The notes beneath the pieces were generated by a model. It worked only from the letters and a program-made list of their open reading frames with translations, had not been told where the DNA came from and did not search any database. Below are positions 19,157 to 28,765 of a DNA stretch of 64,000 bases, piece after piece (the first letter of the stretch is position 1; every line of letters starts with the position of its first letter). This stretch comes from Candidatus Obscuribacteraceae bacterium. GTDB lineage: Bacteria; Cyanobacteriota; Vampirovibrionia; Obscuribacterales; Obscuribacteraceae. The translations under genes and the position numbers were made by a program. The stretch is from positions 128,001-192,000 of the forward strand of contig JBGASG010000001.1 in NCBI GenBank assembly GCA_044229845.1, given 5' to 3'.

Positions 19157-20194
19157 ATGAAGTGTATGCGCAGACAGCTCCCAATAATATTCACTGTGGC
19201 TGGCTTTTCGGTCTTGGCGTTTCTTTGCAAATATTCAGCGCCTGCTTTTGCACAGGCAGTTTCTGAGGGGCCGAGCGCTGTCGAAATCTTGCGAGACCTG
19301 GAGCAGCGCGCTGGATTGCAGCCGCCTCCGTATGTTTCGGTGGTGCAGCGAATTGCCGTTCTGGAGCAGAAGTATTTCGGCACAGAAAGACCCGGCTCGG
19401 TTGTCCAGCGCCTGGAGGCGCTGAAACTGGCGGCGAGCGGCACTGCCATTCAGTCGATTCCGGCAGATCAGGTGCACACCTGTTCGTTGCACACGCTCTC
19501 GCTGGGCGATGCCCTGCCGCTGGTGAGCGGGCAGCCGCCCAATTATGTACGCGTCGATGCTCCCGGCTTCCCGGTCGCCGCCAACGATTACTACGGCGAT
19601 GTTTTCAAAAGCAGCCAGCAAAAGGTCGTGCGTTTCAAATCAATGCCGATTACTGTGTATATAACTCCCTATCCGGATGCCGGTTTCATGCATTGCGTCA
19701 GGCGTTCGTTCGACACCTGGGAAGCGGTCTCGGACGGGCTGGTGAAGTTTACAGAAGTGCAAAGTGCCAAGGATGCCCGCATACAAGTAGTCTGGAAGCG
19801 GCTGGGGCAACGCGGAGACATTGTCGGCTGCACCCTCGGCGCTCAGACAATTATGAAATACAAAGACCGCGGCAACGGCAATCTCTCCTTCGTGGGGGTC
19901 AGCGGCGTGCCCGTGCCGGTCTATATTCCGCGCTTCGGACCGAAGTATGTGGTGCCACCACAAGTGATCGAGGTCAATCTCGACCTGATTATGTCCCGCG
20001 ATCCGACCAAGCGCTATCGGCTGCTGGAGAACATCTCCACGCATGAGCTTGGGCACGCGCTGGGACTGCTAGGGCACAGTCCCTTCAAAGCCGACATGAT
20101 GAACGAAATAACCGATGAGCATTCACGGGTATCGCAGAGGGACGTAAATACTCTCATTCAGCTCTACAGTAAAAAGTGCGACGTGCCGCTTTAG
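19157..20194 (+). CDS. Secreted matrixin (M10/metzincin-like) zinc metalloprotease
   Basis: HELGHALGLLGHS zinc motif plus Met-turn (ADMM) and SQRDVNTL; N-terminal signal ending AFA. Confidence 0.85.
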   Translation: MKCMRRQLPIIFTVAGFSVLAFLCKYSAPAFAQAVSEGPSAVEILRDLEQRAGLQPPPYVSVVQRIAVLEQKYFGTERPGSVVQRLEALKLAASGTAIQSIPADQVHTCSLHTLSLGDALPLVSGQPPNYVRVDAPGFPVAANDYYGDVFKSSQQKVVRFKSMPITVYITPYPDAGFMHCVRRSFDTWEAVSDGLVKFTEVQSAKDARIQVVWKRLGQRGDIVGCTLGAQTIMKYKDRGNGNLSFVGVSGVPVPVYIPRFGPKYVVPPQVIEVNLDLIMSRDPTKRYRLLENISTHELGHALGLLGHSPFKADMMNEITDEHSRVSQRDVNTLIQLYSKKCDVPL

Positions 20195-20205
20195 TTTCTT
20201 TGCGA

Positions 20206-20907
20206 CTACCAGGCGTATGGGCGTACGCCATACTGGCTGCGCAACTGTGCGTCTAACTGTTTGACGCCGGCTTCCAACTGCTCCAGCTGCATCTTGCGAG
20301 GCATAAGCGATGCGGCGATGGGATTACCGGCTTGATCTGTGGCCAGCACATTGGATTGCACCTTCAAGTAGTCCGAGAACAACCCACGCGCGGTCACGAA
20401 ATACTGGTAGTAGCCCTTCTGTAATTGCAGGGTCTGGGGCAGAGATTGCAGACCGCGCAAGGAAGCGCCTGCCTTGTCGTAGCGCGCGACCATCTGTCCG
20501 AGCAAGTTCTGCGCGGCGACCTTTTCCGGTCCCGGGATGAACATCGAGAGCTTGCTCGACAATAGCTTGTCTGAGTACGCCTTCTCCTGTGGGCTCATCT
20601 GGGCGCCATGGCGAATTTGATCGTACGCAGCGAACCACTGCCCGATGCGAGCTTGATCCTGAGGGGATGCGGCTGGCTGGGCTTGCATCGCCGGCTGCCC
20701 GCCACCCATCTGGGGGGTGTTAGCCGGATAAGTGCTGCTGTAAGTGTTGCTCGGGTCCGGCTGAGGCCAGCCGGGTGGAGCGTTGTAGGTCTTTGGCGCT
20801 TGCTGATAGCCGCCACCGCCCTGCCAGTCTTGTGCGAAGGCTGGCATGACGCCCATTGCAGGCACGAAAAGGGCTGTTATTGCCAGGAGAAGCCGGTTGG
20901 TTTGCAT
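20206..20907 (-). CDS. Secreted hypothetical protein (Gln/Pro-rich N-terminus, helical C-terminus)
   Basis: Signal peptide MQTNRLLLAITALF...AFA|Q. Confidence 0.7.
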   Translation of the reverse strand: MQTNRLLLAITALFVPAMGVMPAFAQDWQGGGGYQQAPKTYNAPPGWPQPDPSNTYSSTYPANTPQMGGGQPAMQAQPAASPQDQARIGQWFAAYDQIRHGAQMSPQEKAYSDKLLSSKLSMFIPGPEKVAAQNLLGQMVARYDKAGASLRGLQSLPQTLQLQKGYYQYFVTARGLFSDYLKVQSNVLATDQAGNPIAASLMPRKMQLEQLEAGVKQLDAQLRSQYGVRPYAW

Positions 20908-21070
20908 ACCGTACCCTTCAGGTAACTATCTAATTCTACTTGGTCCGAGGCTGTGGATTGTCTAGTAACCCGCTGGGTCGGGTATGCTTTAGGCATCTGG
21001 CAGACCGCCAAACGTCATCAGTATCGGTTGACGCCGGAAGGTTGCCATTGTTTCTTGGGGATACCTTTTC

Positions 21071-21952
21071 ATGACCATTCTGGTTGCAGTCAAGAAAAAC
21101 GGGCGGGTGTATCTTGGCGCCGATCGCATTACGACGTTCGGCAACGAATACACGACGGAACTCCTCAATGGCACCAAGATAATCAAACTAAAGCATGCGT
21201 ATCTCGCCACCAGCGGATACACGCTCATGGATAACGTCATTGAGCACCTGCATTCCGTCAATCACAAAATGATGGATAACACCTTCAAGACTCGCTCTGA
21301 GGTGTTCTCGTTTTTTCTCGAGTTGTATGCGGAATTGAAGAAAGCCTACACGCTCGTTGACACCGGCAAAGACACCTACGCCGGCATTTACAACATATTT
21401 TTCATCGTCACGCCGACCAGCATTTATGGCATTGCCAACAATATGAGTGTGCACGAGTACCCGCAGTACGCCACCAAAGGCGCGGGATCTGATTATTCGC
21501 TCGGCGCGCTGTATGCCACGTATGACACCATAGATGATGGCTACGAACTGGTGCGCACAGCGCTGGAAGCAGCCTGCAATTTCTCGTTGTACTGCCGCGA
21601 ACCGCTGGACATCATCGAAGTAAAACGCGAAGACTTCGGCAAGCCGGTCAAAGGATATAAAGATCACTCCAAAGCGATGCGCACTCTGGAGAAACGCAAA
21701 ACGCCCGGCAATCTTTTGGAAGTGGTGAAAACGGTGAGTAGCACTGCCAGTGCGACGAACGGAACAAATGGCAGCACACCCATATCGCGTTTCAAGTCAA
21801 AGGCGACCGCTCCGAAGGTGAAAGCAAGTGCATCGAAGACGAAAGCGGCTGCACTAAAGGTGAAAGCACGTGCACCCAAGGCTGCGAAGCCAAGTAAGAA
21901 ATCAACTGGAACCAAGCGCACGGCCGAGAAGAAGAAATCAGCTCGCCGTTAG
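21071..21952 (+). CDS. HslV/proteasome-beta-like Ntn threonine peptidase (BPH-like) with Lys/Ala-rich C-terminal tail
   Basis: N-terminal M-T-ILVAVKK, GADRITTFG, conserved Lys (TKII), GAGSDYSLGAL, ALEAAC. Confidence 0.75.
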   Translation: MTILVAVKKNGRVYLGADRITTFGNEYTTELLNGTKIIKLKHAYLATSGYTLMDNVIEHLHSVNHKMMDNTFKTRSEVFSFFLELYAELKKAYTLVDTGKDTYAGIYNIFFIVTPTSIYGIANNMSVHEYPQYATKGAGSDYSLGALYATYDTIDDGYELVRTALEAACNFSLYCREPLDIIEVKREDFGKPVKGYKDHSKAMRTLEKRKTPGNLLEVVKTVSSTASATNGTNGSTPISRFKSKATAPKVKASASKTKAAALKVKARAPKAAKPSKKSTGTKRTAEKKKSARR

Positions 21953-22082
21953 GTCTCAGGTGAGTTATCAAGTGTTCAACGGCGAGGTTTCGCTCTCGTG
22001 CGCGGCCTGCTCTTATCCGCATCGACCAAACAGGAACTGAATGCACGCCAGGCTTTCGATCGCTTCACCCCGTCGAGTTAGC

Positions 22083-23381
22083 TCAGATGAACAGCTTCTG
22101 CAGGTCTTGTGCGAAGCGCGGGTAAGAAACTGCTACGCAGTCGACGTCATCGATTTCCACCGGCGTCGTACACATCAAATTGGCGACGATGCCGGTCATC
22201 GCCATGCGGTGATCGCCGAAAGTCTCCCACTTGGAGCCGCCGGACAGCGAGCCGCCTCTGCCGATGATTTCGAAACCGTCTTTGAATTCGGTGATCTCGG
22301 CGCCGGCTCGTCTGAGGTTCCCAACGATTGCGGCTAGGCGGTCGCTTTCCTTGACTCGCAATTCTTCCGCATCTCTGACGACGAACGAGCCGCTGCAAAC
22401 AGCGCCTGCCAGAGCCAAAATCGGAATCTCGTCGATGCCGGTGGCGATTCTGGTGCCGTCGATTCTGGCTCCATTCGGGTAGCGATCGTATTGCACTCGA
22501 ATGTCGGCAACCGGTTCGCCCGTCGGGTGTTCTTTGCGATTAATTTCTACATTCATCCCCATCGATGCCAGGACATCCACAATCAGCATGCGGCCTGGGT
22601 TTATACCGACATTGGTGAGCAGCAGTTGTGAGCCGTGCAGGCAGCCCGCCGCCACCATAAAGAATGCCGCCGACGAAATATCGCCAGGCACCTGCACCGA
22701 ATATGGTGCCAAGGGCTGCGACAGTTTCTTCACTGAAACAGTCTGGTCCTTTTCTTCGAACGGCAGCCCCATGAAGGAGAAAAACTTGGTTGTATGGTCG
22801 CGCACAGGCTTAGGCAGTTTGACGCTGGTTTCGCCTTCCGCTTGTAGCCCGGCCAGCAAAATAGCTGTCTGCACTTGCGCTGACGCCACCGGCAGAACGA
22901 AATGTTGTCCCTGCAGCTTGCCACCCTCGATGGTGAAAGGTGGGTGGTCCTGTTTCTCGTTATAAGAGATCTGCGCCCCCATGGTTTTCAGGGGATTGAG
23001 AACCCTGCCCATCGGGCGCCCCCGCAGCGAATCGTCGCCGTCAAAAGTGGAGGCAAAGGGCTGCCCGGCAGCAAGACCCGCCAGCAGCCTGATGGTGGTG
23101 CCGCTGTTGCCGGCATCGAGCGTCTCTTCTGAAGCCTGCAGGCGTTTTAAGCCCGGGCTGACAACTGTGCATTCAGAGCCGTCGGCTGAAAAAGTCGTCT
23201 TCAGACCGAGCGACTCCAGGCAACGCGCGGTTGAGCGCACGTCTTCTGCAGGCGATAAATGCTGGACTTTGCACTCACCTTCCGTGAAGGCGGCGAACAT
23301 GAGCGCGCGATGCGATATGGACTTATCGCCGGGAACGCGCAACTCGCCTCGCAGAAGCGGTCTTTCTGTGGATTGCGTCAT
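22083..23381 (-). CDS. aroA: EPSP synthase (class II)
   Basis: PGDKSISHRA, DAGNSGTTIRL, ASAQV, RDHT, PGDISSAAF, IDEIP, ELRVKESDRL, GDHRMAM. Confidence 0.96.
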   Translation of the reverse strand: MTQSTERPLLRGELRVPGDKSISHRALMFAAFTEGECKVQHLSPAEDVRSTARCLESLGLKTTFSADGSECTVVSPGLKRLQASEETLDAGNSGTTIRLLAGLAAGQPFASTFDGDDSLRGRPMGRVLNPLKTMGAQISYNEKQDHPPFTIEGGKLQGQHFVLPVASAQVQTAILLAGLQAEGETSVKLPKPVRDHTTKFFSFMGLPFEEKDQTVSVKKLSQPLAPYSVQVPGDISSAAFFMVAAGCLHGSQLLLTNVGINPGRMLIVDVLASMGMNVEINRKEHPTGEPVADIRVQYDRYPNGARIDGTRIATGIDEIPILALAGAVCSGSFVVRDAEELRVKESDRLAAIVGNLRRAGAEITEFKDGFEIIGRGGSLSGGSKWETFGDHRMAMTGIVANLMCTTPVEIDDVDCVAVSYPRFAQDLQKLFI

Positions 23382-23468
23382 TACATCACATCCTGCGTGC
23401 GACTGCGCACCGCAATGACGTCATATTGTAAGATGTAGCGCGTTGCCGACCCAGCCAATTGAATTTGC

Positions 23469-24719
23469 ATGTTGCGGTTTTTAACATCCGGAGAGTCACA
23501 CGGACCAGCGTTGATCGCCATTTTAGATGGCGTGCCGGCCGGATTGCAGATTGATATTGCCGCTGTCAATGCGGAACTGGCGCGCCGGCAGCAAGGCTAC
23601 GGACGCGGCGCTCGCCAGAAGATCGAGACCGACACCGCCGAAATCATGGGCGGCGTCCGCCATGGTATTACATCTGGTGCACCGATCTCGATCATGGTGC
23701 GCAATCGCGATCACAACAACTGGTTGCATGTTATGTCGATCACTCAGGTGATGGCTGACGATCCGGCTGTGGCGGAGCAGATTGAGAAAAAGAAGATTGG
23801 TCGGTTTCGTCCCGGACATGCGGACCTGGCTGGTACTTTGAAGTTTCGTCAGCGCGATATCCGCGATGTTCTGGAAAGGGCCAGCGCCCGCGAGACCGCC
23901 GCGCGCGTAGCGGTGGGAGCGATCTGCGAACAGATACTGCAGCAGTTCGACGTGCGGGTGGTCAGTCATGTAGTGCAAGTCGGCTCGATCAGATCTTCTC
24001 AGTCCAGCGAAGACCTGCCGATGGACGAGCTGAGAAAGCGCGTCGCCGCCTCCGATATGTTCTGCGTCGACGAAGCCGCCGAAACAAAAATGAAGGATCT
24101 GATTAAAGAAACCTGGCAGCAGGGCGACACCATTGGCGGTGTGGTCGAAGTGATCGCTGAAGGGTTACCGGTCGGACTGGGCAGCTACACCCAGTGGGAT
24201 GAGAAACTCGACGGTCAACTGGCGCAGCTGGTCATGAGCGTGCATGCTATCAAAGCTGTGGAGATCGGTGACGGTTTCGAAAACGTCAACAGTCCCGGTT
24301 CCGAGGTTCACGACGCCATCTATCCCGCGTCAGAGCAGCTGCCATTTATGCGCAAGACTAACAAAGCGGGTGGGCTGGAAGGCGGCATGACTAATGGCAG
24401 CCGCGTCAAAGTGCGCGCTTACATGAAACCGATTCCGACATTGATCAAAGGACTGCCCTCCGTAAGCTTCCCGCAGTTCGACGCCCAGCAAGCGCACTAC
24501 GAGCGCTCTGACGTGTGCGCGGTGCCGGCTGCCTCGGTGGTCGTGAAGGCGATGGTGTCATTCGGGTTGACCCGGGCTCTGCTCAACAAGTTCGGCAGCG
24601 ACACCATGCCGGACATTTCCGCCGCTATCAGTTCTTATCGCGAATTCTGCCGCGAGGCGCCCGCCCGTTTTGCAGCTTCGCTTGCTACCAGCGCGACCCC
24701 CGACATGGAGCTGGAATGA
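23469..24719 (+). CDS. aroC: Chorismate synthase
   Basis: LTSGESHG, RRQQGYGRG, RPGHADL, ERASARETA, GGLEGGMTNG, MKPIPTL, ERSDVCAV. Confidence 0.96.
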   Translation: MLRFLTSGESHGPALIAILDGVPAGLQIDIAAVNAELARRQQGYGRGARQKIETDTAEIMGGVRHGITSGAPISIMVRNRDHNNWLHVMSITQVMADDPAVAEQIEKKKIGRFRPGHADLAGTLKFRQRDIRDVLERASARETAARVAVGAICEQILQQFDVRVVSHVVQVGSIRSSQSSEDLPMDELRKRVAASDMFCVDEAAETKMKDLIKETWQQGDTIGGVVEVIAEGLPVGLGSYTQWDEKLDGQLAQLVMSVHAIKAVEIGDGFENVNSPGSEVHDAIYPASEQLPFMRKTNKAGGLEGGMTNGSRVKVRAYMKPIPTLIKGLPSVSFPQFDAQQAHYERSDVCAVPAASVVVKAMVSFGLTRALLNKFGSDTMPDISAAISSYREFCREAPARFAASLATSATPDMELE

Positions 24720-24722
24720 GCA

Positions 24723-25880
24723 ATGCGCCGACACTCTCAGTCGCTTCATAAGACGCCGCTTCTGACGTTTCTTTCCAAAGTAGACGTGAGCAACACGACG
24801 CGCATCGACTTGGGAGTCAATGCGCGCGCCAACATCCCCAGCGCTCTCAAGCAGCTGGGCGCCGGCAGCCGGGTCCTGGTCCTCACGCAGCGCGAAATTG
24901 CCATCGACTGGCTGGACGACATCGTCAAGCCGCTGGAAGCCGCCTCCTTTTCGGTGGACGTGATGGAGTTGCCGACCGGCGAAGCCTGCAAGTCGCAGAC
25001 TCAGTTGATTCAGATCTGGGAGCAGTTGCAAAAGCGCTCGTTTCAGCGCTCCGATACGCTTCTGGCATTGGGCGGCGGCGCGGTTACTGATGTCGCCGGC
25101 TTCGCAGCGTCCACCTATCTGCGCGGACTGACACTATGCCTGGTGCCCAGTACGTTGCTGGCGCAGGTCGATGCATCAATCGGCGGCAAGACCGGCATCA
25201 ATTTAGACGCGGGCAAAAACCTGGCCGGCACCTTCTACTTCCCGCAGCTGGTGACCGTCGATCAGGAGTTGCTCGCTTCGCTGCCAGACCGTGACTTCAC
25301 ATCCGGCATTGGAGAGATCATCAAATACGCGATGATCGAGAAGACGGTGGCCGAAGAATCCGAGTACGCAGCTGGTCCGCGCAGCATGTTTCAGCTGTTG
25401 CAGCAAATGGCGCCGGAGCTGTCTTTCGAACATCCGGCGATGGGCAACATCATAGCTGCCAGCATCAAGATGAAACTGGCAGTTGTTGCTCGCGATCCAT
25501 ATGAAAAGCGACTTCGACGTATTCTCAATCTCGGGCACACCTTCGGGCATGCTATCGAGAAGGTCAGCAAATATAGCTGGACTCACGGCGAAGCTGTGGC
25601 GGTGGGCTTATTGTTTGCCATGCAGGTATCGCGCCGTCTCGGCAAGGTGGACGATGCGCAGATCGAGGTCGTGCGCACGTTGCTTTCACAGTGCAAATTG
25701 CCGGTTGGGCTGTCTGCCGACCTGGACCGCGCCGCGCTTTTCGACGCCATGGCATACGACAAGAAACGCGCCGGGCAATCAATTCGCTTTGTGCTGCCGC
25801 TCAGAGAACTCGGTACTGCCGATGTCGACTCGGAAATTTCTTTAGATGAACTTCGTCACTGTGTTGAGGACTTTCAATGA
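24723..25880 (+). CDS. aroB: 3-dehydroquinate synthase
   Basis: GEACK, ALGGGAVTDVAGF, PSTLLAQVDASIGGKTGIN, LNLGHTFGHAIE, HGEAVAVG, DKK. Confidence 0.95.
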   Translation: MRRHSQSLHKTPLLTFLSKVDVSNTTRIDLGVNARANIPSALKQLGAGSRVLVLTQREIAIDWLDDIVKPLEAASFSVDVMELPTGEACKSQTQLIQIWEQLQKRSFQRSDTLLALGGGAVTDVAGFAASTYLRGLTLCLVPSTLLAQVDASIGGKTGINLDAGKNLAGTFYFPQLVTVDQELLASLPDRDFTSGIGEIIKYAMIEKTVAEESEYAAGPRSMFQLLQQMAPELSFEHPAMGNIIAASIKMKLAVVARDPYEKRLRRILNLGHTFGHAIEKVSKYSWTHGEAVAVGLLFAMQVSRRLGKVDDAQIEVVRTLLSQCKLPVGLSADLDRAALFDAMAYDKKRAGQSIRFVLPLRELGTADVDSEISLDELRHCVEDFQ

Positions 25881-26722
25881 ACGTGATTGCCTTCCAGGGT
25901 GCGCCGGGAGCATTCAGCCATCAAGCAGCCATCAAGCTGGGTGAGGGCATGAATGAGCCTTACGAATTGCTCTCGCAAGACTCATTCGAGAAGGTCTTCA
26001 AGCTGGTGGCAGGCGGCGGTCATCTTGGTGCGGTGCCGCTGGAAAACTCGTCGGTCGGATCTATTGTCGCCAACTACGACTCGCTCTGGAACGAGCCTGT
26101 ATTCATGATTGCCGAGACCTACATCCCGATTCATCACCAGTTGATTGCCATCGAGGGAACGGACATCAACGAGATCACCGAGGTCTACTCGCATCCGGTG
26201 GCGCTCGACCAGTGCCGGAAGTTGTTCAAAGAATTTCCCCATATGAAACCTCGGGTGCACTGGGACACGAGCGGTTCGGCGCTCTATGTGCGGGATCAGG
26301 GCAAGCGAAGCAATGCCGCCATCGCCAGCGAAATGGCGGCGCGCGAAGCCGGACTGTCGATCATTCGCACCAATGTGGAAGACCACTCCAGCAACACCAC
26401 GCGGTTCGGACTGATTACGGCCAACAAGAAACTGCGCATGCACGAAGGTCCGCACAAGTTGTCGTGTGCGTTTGAGCTGGAACATACATCGGGCAGCCTG
26501 GCGCAGTTGCTGACTCGCATCGCCGCAGTGGGCGCCAATTTGTCCAAAATAGAATCACGACCGATTCCGCAAACCCCGTGGCACTACCGATTTTTCCTCG
26601 ATGTCGAGGTGTTGGACGGCAAGCAGGAAGACGCCGTCATCGATGCTTTGCAGGGAGCGGCAAAAGCCAAGGTGCTGGGCTGCTATGTGAAAGCCCTGGA
26701 AGTGAGCGGCGTCTCGGCATAG
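25877..26722 (+). CDS. pheA: Prephenate dehydratase with ACT domain
   Basis: AFQGAPGAFS, PLENS, YSHPVALDQC, NTTRF, NLSKIESRP, YRFFLD. Confidence 0.93.
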   Translation: MNVIAFQGAPGAFSHQAAIKLGEGMNEPYELLSQDSFEKVFKLVAGGGHLGAVPLENSSVGSIVANYDSLWNEPVFMIAETYIPIHHQLIAIEGTDINEITEVYSHPVALDQCRKLFKEFPHMKPRVHWDTSGSALYVRDQGKRSNAAIASEMAAREAGLSIIRTNVEDHSSNTTRFGLITANKKLRMHEGPHKLSCAFELEHTSGSLAQLLTRIAAVGANLSKIESRPIPQTPWHYRFFLDVEVLDGKQEDAVIDALQGAAKAKVLGCYVKALEVSGVSA

Positions 26723-26737
26723 CCATACGGACGGTGA

Positions 26738-26980
26738 CTACTTTGCGTCGGGGCTGGGGTTGTCCAGGAACGCGCAGACGCAAATATAGATCCAAGCCGG
26801 GGTGAACCAGCCGGCGAACAGGTTTATCAAAATGATGCGCAGCTTGTCATGTTTCTTCCTGAAAAGCCCCACGATGGAGGGCAGGAAGAAAGTCAGGAAC
26901 GAGAAAATCATCGGCAGCCCAAAGAAAAGGAAGAGCAGGACGAAACCCAGTATCGTGTTACCGGTATCTGATGACTGCAC
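26738..26980 (-). CDS. Superinfection-immunity (T4 Imm-like) small membrane protein
   Basis: FFLPSIVGLFRKKH...IILINLFAGWF..AWI resembles the FLPxxxA..R.H....I..LN.F.GWT..GW pattern. Confidence 0.7.
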   Translation of the reverse strand: MQSSDTGNTILGFVLLFLFFGLPMIFSFLTFFLPSIVGLFRKKHDKLRIILINLFAGWFTPAWIYICVCAFLDNPSPDAK

Positions 26981-27024
26981 GGATATTCTCCAATCGTTCG
27001 ACCATTGAATTATACTTACCCGAT

Positions 27025-27549
27025 ATGAAACTATTCGCAGTTCTCGCCCTTATTTTGTTCGTCGTCTTCCATACCGGCACCGGCTGTGCGTGGAGCCAGG
27101 ACAGCGACTCGTCGTCGAGTTACAGCGACTCCTCATCGACCGACAGCTCCTCTTCCAGCGATGATAGTTCGTCTTCGAGCGATGCCGGTTCCTCATCCAG
27201 CGATGACAGTTCGTCTTCGAGCGATGCCGGTTCTTCATCCAGCGATGACAGTTCGTCCGGCGATAGCTCGGCTGCGAGCGAATCAGGATCGAGTGATAAG
27301 AAGGACAATCTCGCCAATCTGGAGGCGCTGGTCAACATAATGGGCGCCTGGGGGATGGGCGCCGGCATTGTGACTTCGTGCAGCTTATTCCTGAGCGGGG
27401 TGATTATCATAGGGTTGCGCAAGACCAAGCGCTGGCTGGGCGGCATTCTTATAGGCTGGAGCTTCTTCTCTTTCGGCGGTGCCATCATGTGCCCCGCAAT
27501 TCTCAACTGGATAATGGCGAGCGCCAAAGACGCCAACCTATTCTCCTAG
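27025..27549 (+). CDS. Exported/membrane protein with Ser/Asp-rich linker and two C-terminal TM helices
   Basis: Signal MKLFAVLALILFVVF, poly-Ser tract, hydrophobic hairpin with basic loop RKTKR. Confidence 0.7.
   Translation: MKLFAVLALILFVVFHTGTGCAWSQDSDSSSSYSDSSSTDSSSSSDDSSSSSDAGSSSSDDSSSSSDAGSSSSDDSSSGDSSAASESGSSDKKDNLANLEALVNIMGAWGMGAGIVTSCSLFLSGVIIIGLRKTKRWLGGILIGWSFFSFGGAIMCPAILNWIMASAKDANLFS
27154..27257 (+). repeat. 42-bp tandem repeat (~2.5 copies) encoding SSDDSSSSSDAGSS
   Basis: TCCAGCGATGAYAGTTCGTC starts at 27154, 27196 and 27238. Confidence 0.9.
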
Positions 27550-27556
27550 TACGCGC

Positions 27557-28078
27557 ATGCCAAAGAAAACCAGCACACCAGTCTCACGCAAGACTCAGGC
27601 AAAGCCGTCAGCCAAGCCTTTGCCCGCTTCAGGCAAACCGGTGTTTGAGCGCGTCTACGAGATCGTTATGCAGATTCCGCGGGGACGAGTTTTGACCTAC
27701 GGGGTGATCTCAGATATGTTGGGCGGGCGACTGACCGCTCAGGGTGTTGGCTGGGCGCTGAAAGCGCTGCCGGACGGTTCGGTTAAGGTGACAGCTAAGG
27801 TGACAGCCAAGGGTGCCGGGCGCGGCAAAACCACTGTGAAGAAACCAGCCAGCGGGACTGCGGCGACCAAAGGAAAGGAGCCCGGCAAGTACTCCTCTCA
27901 GACTGTGCCCTGGCAGCGGGTCATAAATTCCCGCGGCACGACCAGCACGTTCAAAGTCGGCATGCCACCCGACCTGCAGCGCGAAATTCTTGAAAAGGAA
28001 GGCGTTAGGTTCGACGACGAAGGCAAGGTCGACCTGAAGAAATACCTCTGGGTGGCAGGTCTGCGGGACCTGAGCTAG
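27557..28078 (+). CDS. Alkyltransferase-like (ATL, MGMT family) protein
   Basis: VYEIVMQIPRGRVLTYG, VGWAL, PWQRVINS (Trp replaces the active Cys of PCHR), LQREILEKEGV; Lys-rich insertion. Confidence 0.88.
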   Translation: MPKKTSTPVSRKTQAKPSAKPLPASGKPVFERVYEIVMQIPRGRVLTYGVISDMLGGRLTAQGVGWALKALPDGSVKVTAKVTAKGAGRGKTTVKKPASGTAATKGKEPGKYSSQTVPWQRVINSRGTTSTFKVGMPPDLQREILEKEGVRFDDEGKVDLKKYLWVAGLRDLS

Positions 28079-28181
28079 CTCCCATTGCTTTGAAAGCCCG
28101 GGCGAAACTTTTCGCCACACCCCGTGTATCAGTAGGTGGAAGCAGCGGGAGCGCTTCTGCATACATGACGGGAGGGACAAG

Positions 28182-28745
28182 ATGAAAGGATTGAACAAGC
28201 GGCTACTGGTGGGGGCAATGGCTTTGACGGTGCCGCTGGGATTGATTGCCGCGGATCTTTCGATGGCGGCTGATGACGAAACCGTCAGCAACGCCCAGCT
28301 GGCTCAAGCTCAATCGAAGGATCCACTGATAGACTCGGAGTTCGAGAATGCCGTGCGCGTGATTATTACCAAGCGCTTCTGCAATCGCATCGATGCCACT
28401 GATGAACAGCGCGCCAAACTAACCGCGCTTTTCAAGGACACCATGCAGGAAACGCGTCCGCTGCGCGAACAGTTTCGCCGCAAGCTGCTCGACGTTTCTT
28501 CGCTGATGGCCAGTTCATCCGCGACGGACGATCAGATCAAGACGGAAATCCAGTCGGCGCGCGCGTTGCGACAGCAACTCATGGACAAGCGCATCGATAC
28601 GGCGCTGGCGGTGCGCAAAATACTGACACCGGAGCAGCGCGAAAAGATTCACAACCGCATCAGCGAGATCATCTCCGGTAATTTTAAGCCGAAGCGCTTG
28701 GGATGGATCATGCAAAAACTGTCGGTAGCTGACAACGAGATCTAG
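28182..28745 (+). CDS. Spy/CpxP-family periplasmic protein
   Basis: Signal peptide; ATDEQRAKL and ILTPEQR LTxxQ motifs. Confidence 0.8.
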   Translation: MKGLNKRLLVGAMALTVPLGLIAADLSMAADDETVSNAQLAQAQSKDPLIDSEFENAVRVIITKRFCNRIDATDEQRAKLTALFKDTMQETRPLREQFRRKLLDVSSLMASSSATDDQIKTEIQSARALRQQLMDKRIDTALAVRKILTPEQREKIHNRISEIISGNFKPKRLGWIMQKLSVADNEI

Positions 28746-28765
28746 GTGTGCACTGGTGCTGGTAG

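Noticed and set aside
27154..27257. Regularly spaced repeats as a CRISPR array
   Set aside because: Contiguous 42-bp units without unique spacers, in frame within a Ser-rich ORF; no cas genes.
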